64,000 nt of DNA from an uncultured Actinomycetes bacterium (GCA_963725665.1 CAVRZA010000011.1:160001-224000); one strand, 5' to 3'. Counted from the first letter of the stretch, positions 37,403 to 48,054 are shown. The notes: generated from the sequence alone by a model not told the origin. Numbers and translations: made by a program.

Positions 37403-38464
37403 ATGCAGGAGATCGTTCGCGAGACGCAGGCCCTACTGGGAGAGAGCGAGCCCTTTGCCCTGGTGACCCTCATCGCCGAGGAAGGGTCGACGCCGCGCGC
37501 CGCCGGCGCCGAGATGCTCGTGCGCGTGGACGGCTCGATCGCGGGGACCGTCGGAGGGGGACTGCTCGAGGCGACGGCGATGCAGCAGGCCCGCGTGGCG
37601 ATCGAGACGAGGCGCTCGACGGCGATCACCGTCGAGCTGACCGGCCAGAACGTCCAGGACGCGGCGATGCTCTGCGGGGGCCGGGCCCAGCTGCTCGTCT
37701 CATTCGTGCCCGCGGGTGACCGCGAGCTGTCGCGGATCTGCTCCGCTCTTGCGGCTGCTCTGGAGGCGGGTCGGCCGGCCCACTTGGTCACTGTGTTCGG
37801 CCCCGCCGGCTGCGGAGGAGGGTGCTTGGTCGCTCGTTCCCTGGTGGAGGACGGCGGTGTAGTGGCCGGCGCGTCGCTCGAACCCGCCATCCTGGCCGTG
37901 TCCCTCTCCGAGGGCTCCGGTGTGCACAACCGCGAGCTGCCCGACGGCCGCGAGCTTCATGCGGAGACCATCGAGCCGGTGCCGGTGGTGGTGATCTGCG
38001 GCGCCGGCCATGTGGGACAGGCGCTCGCTCCGGCGGCGGCCGCAGTGGGGTTCGACATCGTAGTCATCGACGATCGCCCCGAGTTCGCCTCCCGCGAGCG
38101 TTTCCCCATCAGTGCACGGCTCGTCGTCCCGCCCGATTTCGAGCGCGCCTTCGAGTCGGTCGAGCTAGGGACGCGCACCTACGTCGTGGTCGCGACGCGC
38201 GGCCACACGCACGATTTCACGGTCCTCGAGCAGGCACTGCGCACTGAGGCCGCCTACATCGGCCTCATGGCGAGCTCGCGCAAGCGCAGACGCTTCTTCG
38301 AGACGCTGCTCGAACGGGGGCGCACGGAGCAGGACCTGGAGCGCATCCACAGCCCCGTCGGCCTGGCGATCGACGCCGAGACGCCGGCCGAACTGGCCGT
38401 GAGCATCGTCGCCGAGCTGATCAAGGTGCGGGCGGAGTTGCGACAGGCGGCCTTGAGACGATGA
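37403..38464 (+). CDS. xdhC: XdhC/CoxI molybdenum cofactor insertion chaperone
   Basis: GSTPR.AGA, GTVGGG, CGG, GAGHVG, TRGH, YIG and PVGL...TPAELAVSI motifs. Confidence 0.92.
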   Translation: MQEIVRETQALLGESEPFALVTLIAEEGSTPRAAGAEMLVRVDGSIAGTVGGGLLEATAMQQARVAIETRRSTAITVELTGQNVQDAAMLCGGRAQLLVSFVPAGDRELSRICSALAAALEAGRPAHLVTVFGPAGCGGGCLVARSLVEDGGVVAGASLEPAILAVSLSEGSGVHNRELPDGRELHAETIEPVPVVVICGAGHVGQALAPAAAAVGFDIVVIDDRPEFASRERFPISARLVVPPDFERAFESVELGTRTYVVVATRGHTHDFTVLEQALRTEAAYIGLMASSRKRRRFFETLLERGRTEQDLERIHSPVGLAIDAETPAELAVSIVAELIKVRAELRQAALRR

Positions 38465-38491
38465 CATCGCTGCAACGGGCGGCGCCACAGC

Positions 38492-39712
38492 ATGGTAGCG
38501 CCGCGACGGTCGGAGCGTAAGGCGGGTCCGGTGAGCGGTCCGCGCTTTGCGGCCGTCGTGCTGGCCGGCGGGCGCTCGTCACGCTTGCCACCGCTCAAGC
38601 CCCTCCTGCCCGTCGACGGCGTCCCGGCCGTCGTGCGCACAGCGAGTACCTTCGGCGACGTAGGAGTCGAGCCGCTCGTCGTGGTCGGCTTCGCAGCCGC
38701 TGAGCTCGTTCCCGTACTGGAGGCCGCCGCCCTGCACTACGCCGTCAACGAGGACTACGACCGTGGCATGTACTCGTCGCTCGTGACCGGAGTGCGGGCG
38801 CTCGGCGAAGCCGGCGGTGGAACATGCGACTGGCTCTTCGTCCAGCCTGCCGACTGCCCGCTGGTACGCGGCGAGACGATCGGCCGCCTGATGCGCGCGG
38901 CCAGAGGCGCGGGGCGCGGGGCGGCGCGCCCTGAGGGCGCGCCGCCCCGCGCCCTCATCCCGACTGCTCATGGACGGCGCGGGCACCCGCCACTGCTGTC
39001 GGCCGGGCTGCTGCCGGCCGTCCTGAAGCGTGAACCACCTGGCGGTCTGCGTACGCTGCTCGACGACCTCGGCGACGAAATCGGGGAGGTGCCGGTCGAC
39101 GATGAAGGCGTGCTTCTCGACATGGACGACGCCGAAGGCTACGCACGTGTCGAGAGACACGCCGTGCTCGAGAGGCTGCCCGACACAGACGCCTGCGAGG
39201 CGCTCCTGCGACGTCGCGCTACGCCGCCGGCGGTGGTCGCCCACTCGCGGGCCGTGCGCGACGTCGCCCTGCGCCTCGCGCGCGCGGCCAACGCCCAGGG
39301 CCTCGGCATCGATCTCCACCTGCTGGAAGCCGCGGCGCTCACCCACGACGTCGCTCGTGAGCGACCCGACCACGCCGCGGCGGCCGCGGCCGTGCTCGAG
39401 GCCGAGGGCTACCCGCGCGTGGCATGCGTCGCGCGTCACCACATGAGCCTCCCCGGACTACCTTCGGACCCGCCGGGCGAGAGGGAGCTCCTCTACCTTG
39501 CCGACAAGCTGGTGCGCGACGAGACGGTCGTGACGCTAGACGAGCGCAAACGAGAGGCTGCGGCGCGTTTCAGCGCTCCGGAGGCTCAGGCTGCGGCGGC
39601 TGCTAGGCTGCAGGCGGCCGGCGTCGTAGCACGCTCTCTCGAGCGCGCGACCGGCCGCCCGCTGGCGGACCTACTGGCCGAGCCGCCGCCCAACCCCGGC
39701 GGTCGCCCATGA
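38492..39712 (+). CDS. MocA-like nucleotidyltransferase fused to an HD domain
   Basis: LAGGRSSR, GMYSS, QPADCP, GHPP and DMDD motifs; C-terminal AHS...HD...HHM...ADK. Confidence 0.85.
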   Translation: MVAPRRSERKAGPVSGPRFAAVVLAGGRSSRLPPLKPLLPVDGVPAVVRTASTFGDVGVEPLVVVGFAAAELVPVLEAAALHYAVNEDYDRGMYSSLVTGVRALGEAGGGTCDWLFVQPADCPLVRGETIGRLMRAARGAGRGAARPEGAPPRALIPTAHGRRGHPPLLSAGLLPAVLKREPPGGLRTLLDDLGDEIGEVPVDDEGVLLDMDDAEGYARVERHAVLERLPDTDACEALLRRRATPPAVVAHSRAVRDVALRLARAANAQGLGIDLHLLEAAALTHDVARERPDHAAAAAAVLEAEGYPRVACVARHHMSLPGLPSDPPGERELLYLADKLVRDETVVTLDERKREAAARFSAPEAQAAAAARLQAAGVVARSLERATGRPLADLLAEPPPNPGGRP

Positions 39713-40455
39713 GCGCCCGCCTCCCGGAGCTGCTTGCCTGTGACCTCGACGGCACCCTCATCGACGAGGCCGGCCGGCCGCATGCCGGGGTCCCCGAGGC
39801 GCTCGCCTCACTGGTGGCCGTCGGCGTGCCCCTGGCCGTCTGCAGTGGGCGCCCGCTGTACGCGGCGCAGCACCGAAGCGAGCGTCTGGGGGCGGTCCCG
39901 CGTGCGTTCATCTGCTACCACGGGGCGCTCGTCGTCGACACGGCCACGGACGCGTGGCTGCAGCACCTGACGGTGCCGCAGCCACGCGTCCTCGCCGTCA
40001 CTGCCGACGCGCTGGAGGCCGGGCTCTCGGTGACCCTCTACATCGGTGATGAGCGCGTCGAGCTCCCCGCCGAGCCCAAGCGGATCCCCGCCTTGCCCGG
40101 CCCGGTGACTCGGATCATCCTCACGGGCGAGCCGGCCGTGCTCGACGACGCCTTACCCTCACTCAGGAGACGCTGGGGTGAAGGCCTGCGCGTAGAGCGC
40201 GCACACCCGTCGGTGATCGACGTGCTCGACGGACGCGCCGACAAGGGAGCGGCGCTCGCCTTGCTTGCCGCGCACCTTCAGATCTCCCTTGCAGGCGTCG
40301 TCGCGTGCGGCGACTCGCGCAGCGACGTCTCGTTGTTGCGGGCCGCCGGCAACGCGGTCGCGGTCGGCGACGCACCCGACCAGCTGCGGCGCGTCGCCAA
40401 GACAGTCGTCGCGCCCGACCACCTGGCGGCCTTCCTCCTCTCCCTGCTCCGGTAG
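39709..40455 (+). CDS. Cof-type HAD hydrolase
   Basis: CDLDGTL, SGR, DKG and CGDSRSD motifs. Confidence 0.88.
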   Translation: MSARLPELLACDLDGTLIDEAGRPHAGVPEALASLVAVGVPLAVCSGRPLYAAQHRSERLGAVPRAFICYHGALVVDTATDAWLQHLTVPQPRVLAVTADALEAGLSVTLYIGDERVELPAEPKRIPALPGPVTRIILTGEPAVLDDALPSLRRRWGEGLRVERAHPSVIDVLDGRADKGAALALLAAHLQISLAGVVACGDSRSDVSLLRAAGNAVAVGDAPDQLRRVAKTVVAPDHLAAFLLSLLR

Positions 40456-40609
40456 CCTCTGACGGGGGCATGCCGAACGGAAGCCGGTCATCGCCGCATC
40501 CCGCACTCTGCCGTCGATCCCCGGCCTCCCGCCTCGCTCCACACTCGCCGTCGACCGCCGGCCTTGGCGCCGGGGGGCACTCGCCGCTTCGACCAAGCCA
40601 CCGGCCGGG

Positions 40610-40655
40610 TGTGCAGCTGCCCACGACCCCCCGGCAGAAGTGTGCATTCACCCAG
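40610..40655 (+). promoter_or_regulatory. Putative PucR/CdaR-family operator (tandem TGTGCA...CCCA boxes 31 bp apart)
   Basis: TGTGCAGCTGCCCAC at 40610 and TGTGCATTCACCCAG at 40641; similar boxes at 47142/47173 and 49734. Confidence 0.55.
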
Positions 40656-40834
40656 GTCCGGGCCCCCGACCTCTTGTGTTTCATGGTCGCAAGAAGCGCG
40701 GCATCGCGACGCGAGCCCGGGACGCACGATGGCCGTCCTGGGCGTGAGGCGGCGGTGACGCGATTTGAGCTCAAGGGGCCGCGCCAGTCTGCGCCCCGTC
40801 ACCGTCGGCCCTTCGCACGTGCAAGGAGCAACTG

Positions 40835-41452
40835 ATGAAGACAGAGACCAGCGTGGACGCCCGCGAACGCATCGTCGTGCCTGCCCGCGAAGGCAGAGGG
40901 GTGCGCATCGCAAAGGGCCAGTCGTTCCGCATCGTCGACCTCGAGGGCTCCCAGGTCGGCGATCTGTTCGCCTTCAACGCCGACGATGTACGCGAGTACC
41001 ACAGCGCCCACCACACGCGCGCCGTCGTCGATCGGCTGTTCCCCGTACCCGGAGAGCGGTTCCAGAGCAACCTGCGCCGGCCGATCATGACCTTCGTCGC
41101 CGACGACAGCCCCGGCATCCACGACATGCTCATCGCCCCCTGCGACCCCGCGCGCTTCGAGCAGCTGGGGGTGCAAAGCTGGCACGCTTCGTGTCAGGAG
41201 AACCTGCAGATGGTGATGGCCGGCTTCGGCTTTCCCGACGTCGTCGTGCCGCAGTCGATCAACCTCTTCATGAACATCCCGGTGCGACCCGATGGGACGA
41301 TCGACTGGCTCCCTGCGCCCACGAAGGCGGGCGACTCCGTCACCATGCGCGCTGAGATGGACTGCTACATCGTGCTCTCGGCCTGTCCCCAGGACATCAT
41401 CGTGATCAACGACAAGGCGCCGTCGCCGATGGCGATCGACGTGCTCGACTGA
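40835..41452 (+). CDS. DUF1989 / urea carboxylase-associated family protein
   Basis: IVDLEGSQVGD, HDM...C, SCQENL, NLFMN and SACPQD motifs. Confidence 0.9.
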   Translation: MKTETSVDARERIVVPAREGRGVRIAKGQSFRIVDLEGSQVGDLFAFNADDVREYHSAHHTRAVVDRLFPVPGERFQSNLRRPIMTFVADDSPGIHDMLIAPCDPARFEQLGVQSWHASCQENLQMVMAGFGFPDVVVPQSINLFMNIPVRPDGTIDWLPAPTKAGDSVTMRAEMDCYIVLSACPQDIIVINDKAPSPMAIDVLD

Positions 41453-41489
41453 CCGCCCATCGAGAAGAGGGACCTTCGAGGAGGCGCAG

Positions 41490-42395
41490 ATGAGGAAGAG
41501 GTTCGAGTACCTGAGACCCGCCACGGTCGAGGAGGCCTGCGACTTCAAGTCGCGCTATGGAGCGGGCGCTCGCTTCCTCGCCGGTGGGACCGACCTGATC
41601 CACGACTGGCGTCGCGAGCAGGTCTCGTTCGACTACTGCATCGACCTGACCTTCATCCCCGGTCTCGACTCCTTCGAGTGGAACGGGGAGCACCTGCGCG
41701 TCGGGTCCCTGGCCAAGCTGTCAACGATCGCCGCGGCGGCGGCGGAACCCGGCCTGCCGGGCTTCTTGGCCTCCGGCGCGCGCCGCATGGGCACGCCCCA
41801 GATCCGCAATCTGGCGACTGTGGGCGGCAACATCTGCCACGCCTCGCCCTGCGCCGACATGGCCGTCATGTTGACGGCACTCGACGGCGAGGCACAGCTG
41901 CAGTCGAGCCGCGGCAGCAGGTCGCTGCCGTTGCGCGAGTTCTTCAAGGGTGTCAACGAGACCGGCGTGGCGGACGATGAGCTGCTCACGGAGGTCCTCG
42001 TGCCGATCCCAGCGGCCCGTACCGAGGCCTCCTACCAGCGCGCCACGCGCACAAGCGTCGACCTCGCCCAGGCCAGCGCGGCGGTCTGCCTGAGCACGGA
42101 CGACGGCACGACCGTGAGCCGGGCGCGCATCGCGATAGGCGCCTGCGCGCCGGTCCCTGTGCGCTCCGATGCCGCCGAGGAGATCCTCGTCGGCCTCGAC
42201 CTGAACGACCGCGACCGCGAGACCATCGAGCTGGCGGCCTCGCGGGCGGAGTGGGAGACGAGCCCGATCTGCGATATCCGCGGCTCCGACGAGTACCGGC
42301 GCGAGGTGAGCAGGGTCCTCGTGCGACGCGCCGTCGAAGACTGTCTGGCGAGAGCTGGTCGGCGTCCCGGCGTCGGTCTAGGAGGGAGTGCACCC
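41490..42395 (+). CDS. Molybdenum hydroxylase FAD-binding (medium) subunit; reads in frame into the small subunit
   Basis: AGGTDL, QIRNLATVGGN, ASPCAD and DIRGSDEYR motifs. Confidence 0.88.
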
Positions 42396-42863
42396 ATGGC
42401 GACGCTACACGTGAACGGATCGGTGCACGAGCTCGACATCGAGCCGCACGAGACCCTCTCCGAGGTCTTGCGCGAGAAACTCGGCCTGCGCGGGGTGAGG
42501 GTCTCGTGCGGCGAAGGCGAGTGCGGCTCGTGCACCGTGCTCCTCGACGGCCGCCCCGTCACCTCATGCCTGATGCTGGCGCTGCAGGCCGAGGGCAAGG
42601 AGGTCACGACTATCGAGGGCCTAGGCACCGAAGACGATCTGCACCCGATACAGCAGGCGTTCATCGACGAGCAAGGCTTTCAGTGTGGGTTCTGCACGCC
42701 CGGGGTGATCCTGAGCACGAAAGCCTTCCTCGAGACCAATCCCGACCCCACCCCTGCCGAAGCGGCTGCGGCCCTCACCGGTCACATCTGCCGCTGTGGG
42801 GCCTACCCGCACATCGTGCGCTCTGTGATCCACGCGGCGCATCAGAACGGAGGCCCCTCATGA
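42396..42863 (+). CDS. Molybdenum hydroxylase 2x[2Fe-2S] (small) subunit
   Basis: GGAGGGAG RBS; CGEGECGSCTV, QCGFCTPG and ICRCG motifs. Confidence 0.9.
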   Translation: MATLHVNGSVHELDIEPHETLSEVLREKLGLRGVRVSCGEGECGSCTVLLDGRPVTSCLMLALQAEGKEVTTIEGLGTEDDLHPIQQAFIDEQGFQCGFCTPGVILSTKAFLETNPDPTPAEAAAALTGHICRCGAYPHIVRSVIHAAHQNGGPS

Positions 42864-45307
42864 CTCCCAAGCGCGACTTCACCGTCGTCGGCAAGGCGAT
42901 CCCCGTCAAGGATGCCAGGGAGAAGGTCTGCGGCACGCTCAAGTATCCCGTCGACTTCGCCCTGCCCGGCATGGCCTACGGCAAGATCGTGCGCAGCACG
43001 CAGCCACACGCCCGCATCCTGGGGATCGACGCTGCGCAAGCAGAGGCCCTGCCGGGCTACCTCGGCATCGTCACCCACGAGGACGCCCCCGACCTCGACT
43101 GGCACGGCGTCTGGCTCAACTACATCGGCCACATCTTCGACGGCGTCGCCCGCTTCGCCGGCGACGAGATCGCCGCCGTCGCCGCGACGTCGATGGAGGT
43201 GGCCGAACAGGCAGCCGCGCTGGTCGAGGTCGAGTACGAGCCACTGCCGGCCGTCTTCGACCCCGACGAGGCGCTGCTGCCCGACGCGCCTCAGGTGCAG
43301 GCCGCCGGCAACGCGCGCGAGCCCAACGTGTACGAGTGGGGCGATCTCGAAGCGGGCAAGAGAGCGGCCGACTTCACCGTCGCCGCCGACGTCTCCTTCG
43401 GCAGCCAGCAGATGGCGCCCATCGGGCGCAACGCCGCCATAGCCGAGTGGAACGGCGGCAAGGTGACTCTCTACGCCGGCTCGCAGTCGCCCTCGGAGCT
43501 GCGCGACGGGCTCGCGCAGGCGTTCGGCATCCCGCAGAGCAAGACGCGCGTCGTCGCGCTGCCCCTGGGCGCCTCGTTCGGCGAGTTCTGGAGCAACAAC
43601 TTCATGATGGTCGCGCCTCTACTGGCAAAGAAGATCCGCCGGCCGGTGAAGATCGAGCTCACCAACGAGGAGTGCATGGCCTTCGTCAAGCGGCGCCACA
43701 AGGAGCACTGCCGAGCCAGCATGGGCTGCATGAGGGATGGCGAGATCACCTTCATCGACGTCTACCACATCATGGACAACGGCGCCTACGGCTTCAAAGT
43801 CGAGGTCGGCTACTTCAACATCGACAACTGGGGCGCTCGCGCAAGGAGCGGCCGCTACGAGTGCCAGGGGGTCTCGACGAACCTCGTGACCGGCGGCTGC
43901 ATGCGCGGCGTGGGCGACGTCACCATGGGCTCGATCGTCGAGCGGCTGGCCGACCAGCTCGCCGAGAAGATCGGTATGGACCCTGTCGAGTTCCGCATCC
44001 GCAACCAGATCAAGCCGGGCGATCCGCTGCGCCAGACATGGGCGAAGACCCTCATGCGTCACGACGAGGAGGGCTACCGCAAGCTGGTGCGGGAGTCGGC
44101 GCGTGAGGCGCCGCCCGAGCTGCTCGAAAGTTGGCCCAAGCTCTTCCACCTCTCCTCGGGATGCAGTGAGGGCATTCTGCGCAAGGGCGCCGAAGCCTTC
44201 GGCTGGAAGGACAAGTTCGTCGGCTGGGCCAAGCCCTACTACGCAGAGGGACCCAAGCGGCGCGCCGTCGGTGTCGGCACCGGGATCCACCTCTGCGGCG
44301 AAGAGATGGAGGGCAACACCGACGCCGTGGTGCGCCTCATGAAGGACGGCAGCGCCAAGGTCTGCTGCTCCATCGGACGCCACGGCACCTGCGCCGACAC
44401 TACGCAGGCGCAGATCGCCGCCGAGACCCTGGGCATCCCCATCGACAAGGTCGAGGTCGAGACCGGGGACACCGACGCCTGCCCGTGGAGTCGAGGCTCC
44501 CTGGCCAGCACGACACTCTTCCGCACGGGCTTCAAGGTCTGGGCGGCCTGCCTCGACGCCAAACGTCAGCTCCTCGAGCTGGCGGCGCGCGAGTTCTTCG
44601 ACAACGAGCCGTCGCGTCTGGAGATCAGAGAAGGCTACATCCAGTACGTCGACCGCAGCGGCCCCCACGCCGGACGCTGCACCACTTGCAGCACCGGCGT
44701 GAGCAGCATCTCGATCCCCGACGTGATGATGCACTTCCGCTCCGACGCCCTGGGCCCGACCGACAGCATCACGGGGCGGCCGGCCTTCCCCATGCCCCCG
44801 TCGACGGCCTTCTCGCGCCACTTTGCGGCGCAGTTCGCCGAAGTCGAGGTCGACGTCGAGACGGGCGAGGTCAAGCTGCTGGACTACCTCGTGGCGCAGG
44901 ACAGCGGCACCATCATCAATCCCAAGGTCTTCGAGGGGCAGATCATCGGCGGGGCGACGCTCGGCGCGGGCTTCGCGCTGTCCGAGATGCTGGCCTTCGA
45001 CGACGAGGGGCGCATTCTGAACGCCAACCTGACCGACTACAAGGTCCCGCGCATGACCGACTTCCCGGTGTGGACGAAGACGCTCTGGGAAGAAGACTAC
45101 GACCCGGTGGGGCCGTTCGGGGCGCGTTCGGCCGGCGAGGCGCCGATCGCCGCCGCACCCGCAGCGATCGCGCAGGCCGTTCACAACGCCACCGGCGTCT
45201 GGGTGAACCTCCCCATGACGCCCGAGCGCGTCCTCGACGCCCTGCGGGAGCACAAGAAGGCCGAGGAGAGGCGGCCGCGGACTCCGGTCCCGGCGCCGGC
45301 CCGCTGA
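42860..45307 (+). CDS. Xanthine dehydrogenase-family molybdopterin-binding (large) subunit
   Basis: RSTQPHA, CMRGVG, MDPVEFR, GSLAS, INP..EGQIIGG, DYK and AGE motifs. Confidence 0.93.
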   Translation: MTPKRDFTVVGKAIPVKDAREKVCGTLKYPVDFALPGMAYGKIVRSTQPHARILGIDAAQAEALPGYLGIVTHEDAPDLDWHGVWLNYIGHIFDGVARFAGDEIAAVAATSMEVAEQAAALVEVEYEPLPAVFDPDEALLPDAPQVQAAGNAREPNVYEWGDLEAGKRAADFTVAADVSFGSQQMAPIGRNAAIAEWNGGKVTLYAGSQSPSELRDGLAQAFGIPQSKTRVVALPLGASFGEFWSNNFMMVAPLLAKKIRRPVKIELTNEECMAFVKRRHKEHCRASMGCMRDGEITFIDVYHIMDNGAYGFKVEVGYFNIDNWGARARSGRYECQGVSTNLVTGGCMRGVGDVTMGSIVERLADQLAEKIGMDPVEFRIRNQIKPGDPLRQTWAKTLMRHDEEGYRKLVRESAREAPPELLESWPKLFHLSSGCSEGILRKGAEAFGWKDKFVGWAKPYYAEGPKRRAVGVGTGIHLCGEEMEGNTDAVVRLMKDGSAKVCCSIGRHGTCADTTQAQIAAETLGIPIDKVEVETGDTDACPWSRGSLASTTLFRTGFKVWAACLDAKRQLLELAAREFFDNEPSRLEIREGYIQYVDRSGPHAGRCTTCSTGVSSISIPDVMMHFRSDALGPTDSITGRPAFPMPPSTAFSRHFAAQFAEVEVDVETGEVKLLDYLVAQDSGTIINPKVFEGQIIGGATLGAGFALSEMLAFDDEGRILNANLTDYKVPRMTDFPVWTKTLWEEDYDPVGPFGARSAGEAPIAAAPAAIAQAVHNATGVWVNLPMTPERVLDALREHKKAEERRPRTPVPAPAR

Positions 45308-45375
45308 GGCGGGACGCGCCGGGACGATGGCGGCCGCCTCGCAGGCGGCCGGGCGGCAGACCCCCTCCTTCGTAA

Positions 45376-45407
45376 GGCGGGGCGAGGCCCTCGGGCCTCG
45401 CCCCGCC
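45376..45407 (+). terminator. 15-bp hairpin after the Mo-hydroxylase operon
   Basis: ggcggggcgaggccc-tc-gggcctcgccccgcc. Confidence 0.65.
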
Positions 45408-45475
45408 ACCGCCCTGTTCTCTCCCGGGCGAAGGTTGTAGCCTGCCCTCTGCAGCGCATCCCCCTGACGATCGAC

Positions 45476-47140
45476 GTGTTCGGAGGCGTGGTGCCGCAGG
45501 GCGACTACCTGACCGTCGGCGAGCTCGTGACCGAGACCGGCCTCGAGCTCCACCTCCTCACGGGCGAGGTAGGGCTGGAGCGGGCCGTGCAGGGCATCCA
45601 CCTAGCCGACTACGATGATCCCACTCCGTGGATGGCGACCGGCACCGTGCTCATCACCACGGGCGCTCCGTTCGCCGACTCGCCCGAGAAGGCGGTGCGC
45701 TTCCTCGACAGGATCGCCGAGAAAGACACCGTGGCGCTGGGTGTCGGCACGGGGCATAACCTCGATCACGTTTGCCTCGAGATGGTCGAACACGCCCGCC
45801 GCTTGCGCATCGCGGTCTTCGAGATCCCGCCCAGTGTGCCGTTCCGCACAATCTTCGCCTACGTCTACAACGCCCTTGCCTCGAGCGACATGCACCGCCT
45901 CCGTCGTACCTTGGCCGTGCAGGGACAGCTCCTCGACCTCCTCATTGACGAGAAGGGCATCGGCGAGGTCCTCTCCCGTCTTGCGCGCATCCTCGAGATG
46001 CGGGTGGTGCTCTTCGACAGCAGCGGCGCGGTAGTGGCGCGGGCCGGCAGCGAACCCCCAGACGAGGCCACGATCGAGCGTATCTGGAACACTTACACCT
46101 CGACCCAGGACCTGGGACCGCTGGGCATCCTCGAGGTCGAGCACGGCCGCTTCCACATCCGGCGCGTGCTCGTGCATGGCGTCGTTGAGCGCGTGCTGGC
46201 CGCCGTGGTGGAGCAGCCGGCGGCCTCGTCGGAGTTCGCCGAGCTCGCCCTCTCGTACGCGCAGCGTCTCATCGCGCTCGACCTGCAGCGCGAACGCGAG
46301 CAGCACACCCTGAGGCGACGCATGCGGGCCATCCTCCTCGACGACCTGCTCTCGCGGGACGAGGTCGACCGCGACCTGTCGCAGCGGTTGCTAGACCACG
46401 GGATCGACCTCGACCACGCCTGGCGCGTCGTCGTCTGCTGGGTCGACCACTTCGCCCTCGCACCCGGAGAGGAGCAGCCCGGCGAGCGCGAGTCCTATCG
46501 CCTCAAGACCGAGTTGCAGGCGGCCCTCGAGGCGTCTCTCACCGCGCACCGCATCCCCTGCATCAGCATGGTGAAGGGCGAGGCCGTCGTCGCACTCTGC
46601 GTCTTCGACGGTCTCGAGGCGCTCGAGGTGCACGACAGGCTGGTCGAGCTGCGGCAGGCGATCAGCGATCGCCTGCCGCAGCTCGTCACCAGCCTCGGCG
46701 CCTCGTCCTCGGCACGCGGCCAGCTCGGGCCGGCGGCGGCCTTCCGTCAGGCGCGTGAGGCAGTGCGCGCCGCCGGGCAGGGGATCGCCGTCCTCCAGCG
46801 GGTCGTGCTCTTCGAGATGGCCGGAGGGCGGTTCCGCCTGCTCAAGGGCCAGAGCGACGAGTCACTGCGCTCCCTGTGCGAACGCCTCGTCGTCCCCCTC
46901 GTGGAGCACGACCGCCAGCACCACACCTCGCTGATGCCGACACTGCGCACGTTCTTCGACAACCGGCTCTCGGTGCACCAGACGGCCGACGCCCTCTTCA
47001 TCCACCGCAACACGCTGGGCAAGCGGCTGCACCGCATCGAGGAGCTACTCGACGTCGACCTGGCACAGATCGACGACGTCTTCGAGCTCTACCTCGCCCT
47101 GCGCGCCGCCGAGTTGCTCGAGAGCGTCAACACGCTCTGA
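45476..47140 (+). CDS. PucR family transcriptional regulator
   Basis: DPTPW...LITTG PucR domain; C-terminal TADALFIHRNTL.KRL..IE helix-turn-helix. Confidence 0.93.
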   Translation: MFGGVVPQGDYLTVGELVTETGLELHLLTGEVGLERAVQGIHLADYDDPTPWMATGTVLITTGAPFADSPEKAVRFLDRIAEKDTVALGVGTGHNLDHVCLEMVEHARRLRIAVFEIPPSVPFRTIFAYVYNALASSDMHRLRRTLAVQGQLLDLLIDEKGIGEVLSRLARILEMRVVLFDSSGAVVARAGSEPPDEATIERIWNTYTSTQDLGPLGILEVEHGRFHIRRVLVHGVVERVLAAVVEQPAASSEFAELALSYAQRLIALDLQREREQHTLRRRMRAILLDDLLSRDEVDRDLSQRLLDHGIDLDHAWRVVVCWVDHFALAPGEEQPGERESYRLKTELQAALEASLTAHRIPCISMVKGEAVVALCVFDGLEALEVHDRLVELRQAISDRLPQLVTSLGASSSARGQLGPAAAFRQAREAVRAAGQGIAVLQRVVLFEMAGGRFRLLKGQSDESLRSLCERLVVPLVEHDRQHHTSLMPTLRTFFDNRLSVHQTADALFIHRNTLGKRLHRIEELLDVDLAQIDDVFELYLALRAAELLESVNTL

Positions 47141-47141
47141 T

Positions 47142-47187
47142 TGTGCATCTGCCCACCACCTGGCGCGAAGAGTGTGCTCCTGCTGTG
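47142..47187 (+). promoter_or_regulatory. Putative PucR-family operator
   Basis: TGTGCATCTGCCCAC at 47142 and TGTGC at 47173 (the same 31-bp spacing as at 40610). Confidence 0.55.
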
Positions 47188-47349
47188 CGGTTCGCCACGG
47201 CCCTCGGCCCTAGATTGCGGACGACGACACGAGTGGCGGTGCGCGACGCCACGGCCGCGACGCAGCGCGACGACTGAGGCGCAGGCGAGCGGGCCGGTGG
47301 CCGGCACGGACGGACCGTGCGCGCGGGCCGCTGGGGAGGTAGGTGGTCG

Positions 47350-48054
47350 ATGAGCGCAAGCGGATCGGACGGCCGCGCGGCCGTGGTCACCGGTGCCACG
47401 GGGGTGATCGGCGGTGCGGTCGTCGCTCGCCTGCAGGCCGAGGGCTTCACCGTTGCCGGTCTGGACCTGGGACACGGCGGCGGCGACCTGTCGCTCGTGG
47501 TCGACGTGACCGACCGCGAGGCGATGAGAGCCGCCGCCGAACGAGTCACACGGGAGCTGGGCACCATCGAGGTGCTCGTCACCGCACACGGCTACCACGC
47601 CGCCGCCGCCTTCGGTGAGATGAGCCGCGACGACTGGCGGCGGCTGCTCGACACGCACCTGGGAGGCACGGTCAACGCCTGCGCCGCGGTCGTCCCCGGC
47701 ATGGTCGCCGCGGGACTGGGCACGGTCGTGACGACGTCCTCGTGGATCGCCCTCGCCGGCGTGCCGGGCGAGGCCTACTACGCGGCCGCGACCGGCGCCA
47801 TCCTCGCCTTCACCAAGAGCTTCTCGCTCGAGGTGGCGCCCAAGGGGGTACGCGTGAACTGCATCGCCATCGGGCCGGTCGAGACAGGCACGGGAGCGAA
47901 GAGCTTCAGCCCCGGCCAGCCGGCGCCGGCGGAGCTGCCGCTGCGGCGGTACGTCACGCCTGAGGAGATCGCCGACACGGTCTCCTTCCTCATCAGGGAC
48001 GGCGACTTCATGGTCGGCCAGGTCTTCACGCCGGCCGCCGGGGCGGTGGTCTGA
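47350..48054 (+). CDS. SDR oxidoreductase lacking the catalytic Lys (YxxxT)
   Basis: TGATGVIG, YYAAATG and VRVNCIAIGP motifs. Confidence 0.85.
   Translation: MSASGSDGRAAVVTGATGVIGGAVVARLQAEGFTVAGLDLGHGGGDLSLVVDVTDREAMRAAAERVTRELGTIEVLVTAHGYHAAAAFGEMSRDDWRRLLDTHLGGTVNACAAVVPGMVAAGLGTVVTTSSWIALAGVPGEAYYAAATGAILAFTKSFSLEVAPKGVRVNCIAIGPVETGTGAKSFSPGQPAPAELPLRRYVTPEEIADTVSFLIRDGDFMVGQVFTPAAGAVV

Noticed and set aside
40456-40834. Guanidine riboswitch upstream of DUF1989 (also checked before the small DMT at 55622-55718)
   Set aside because: Hairpins exist, but I found no recognisable paired ACGR loops or ykkC-I/III cores.
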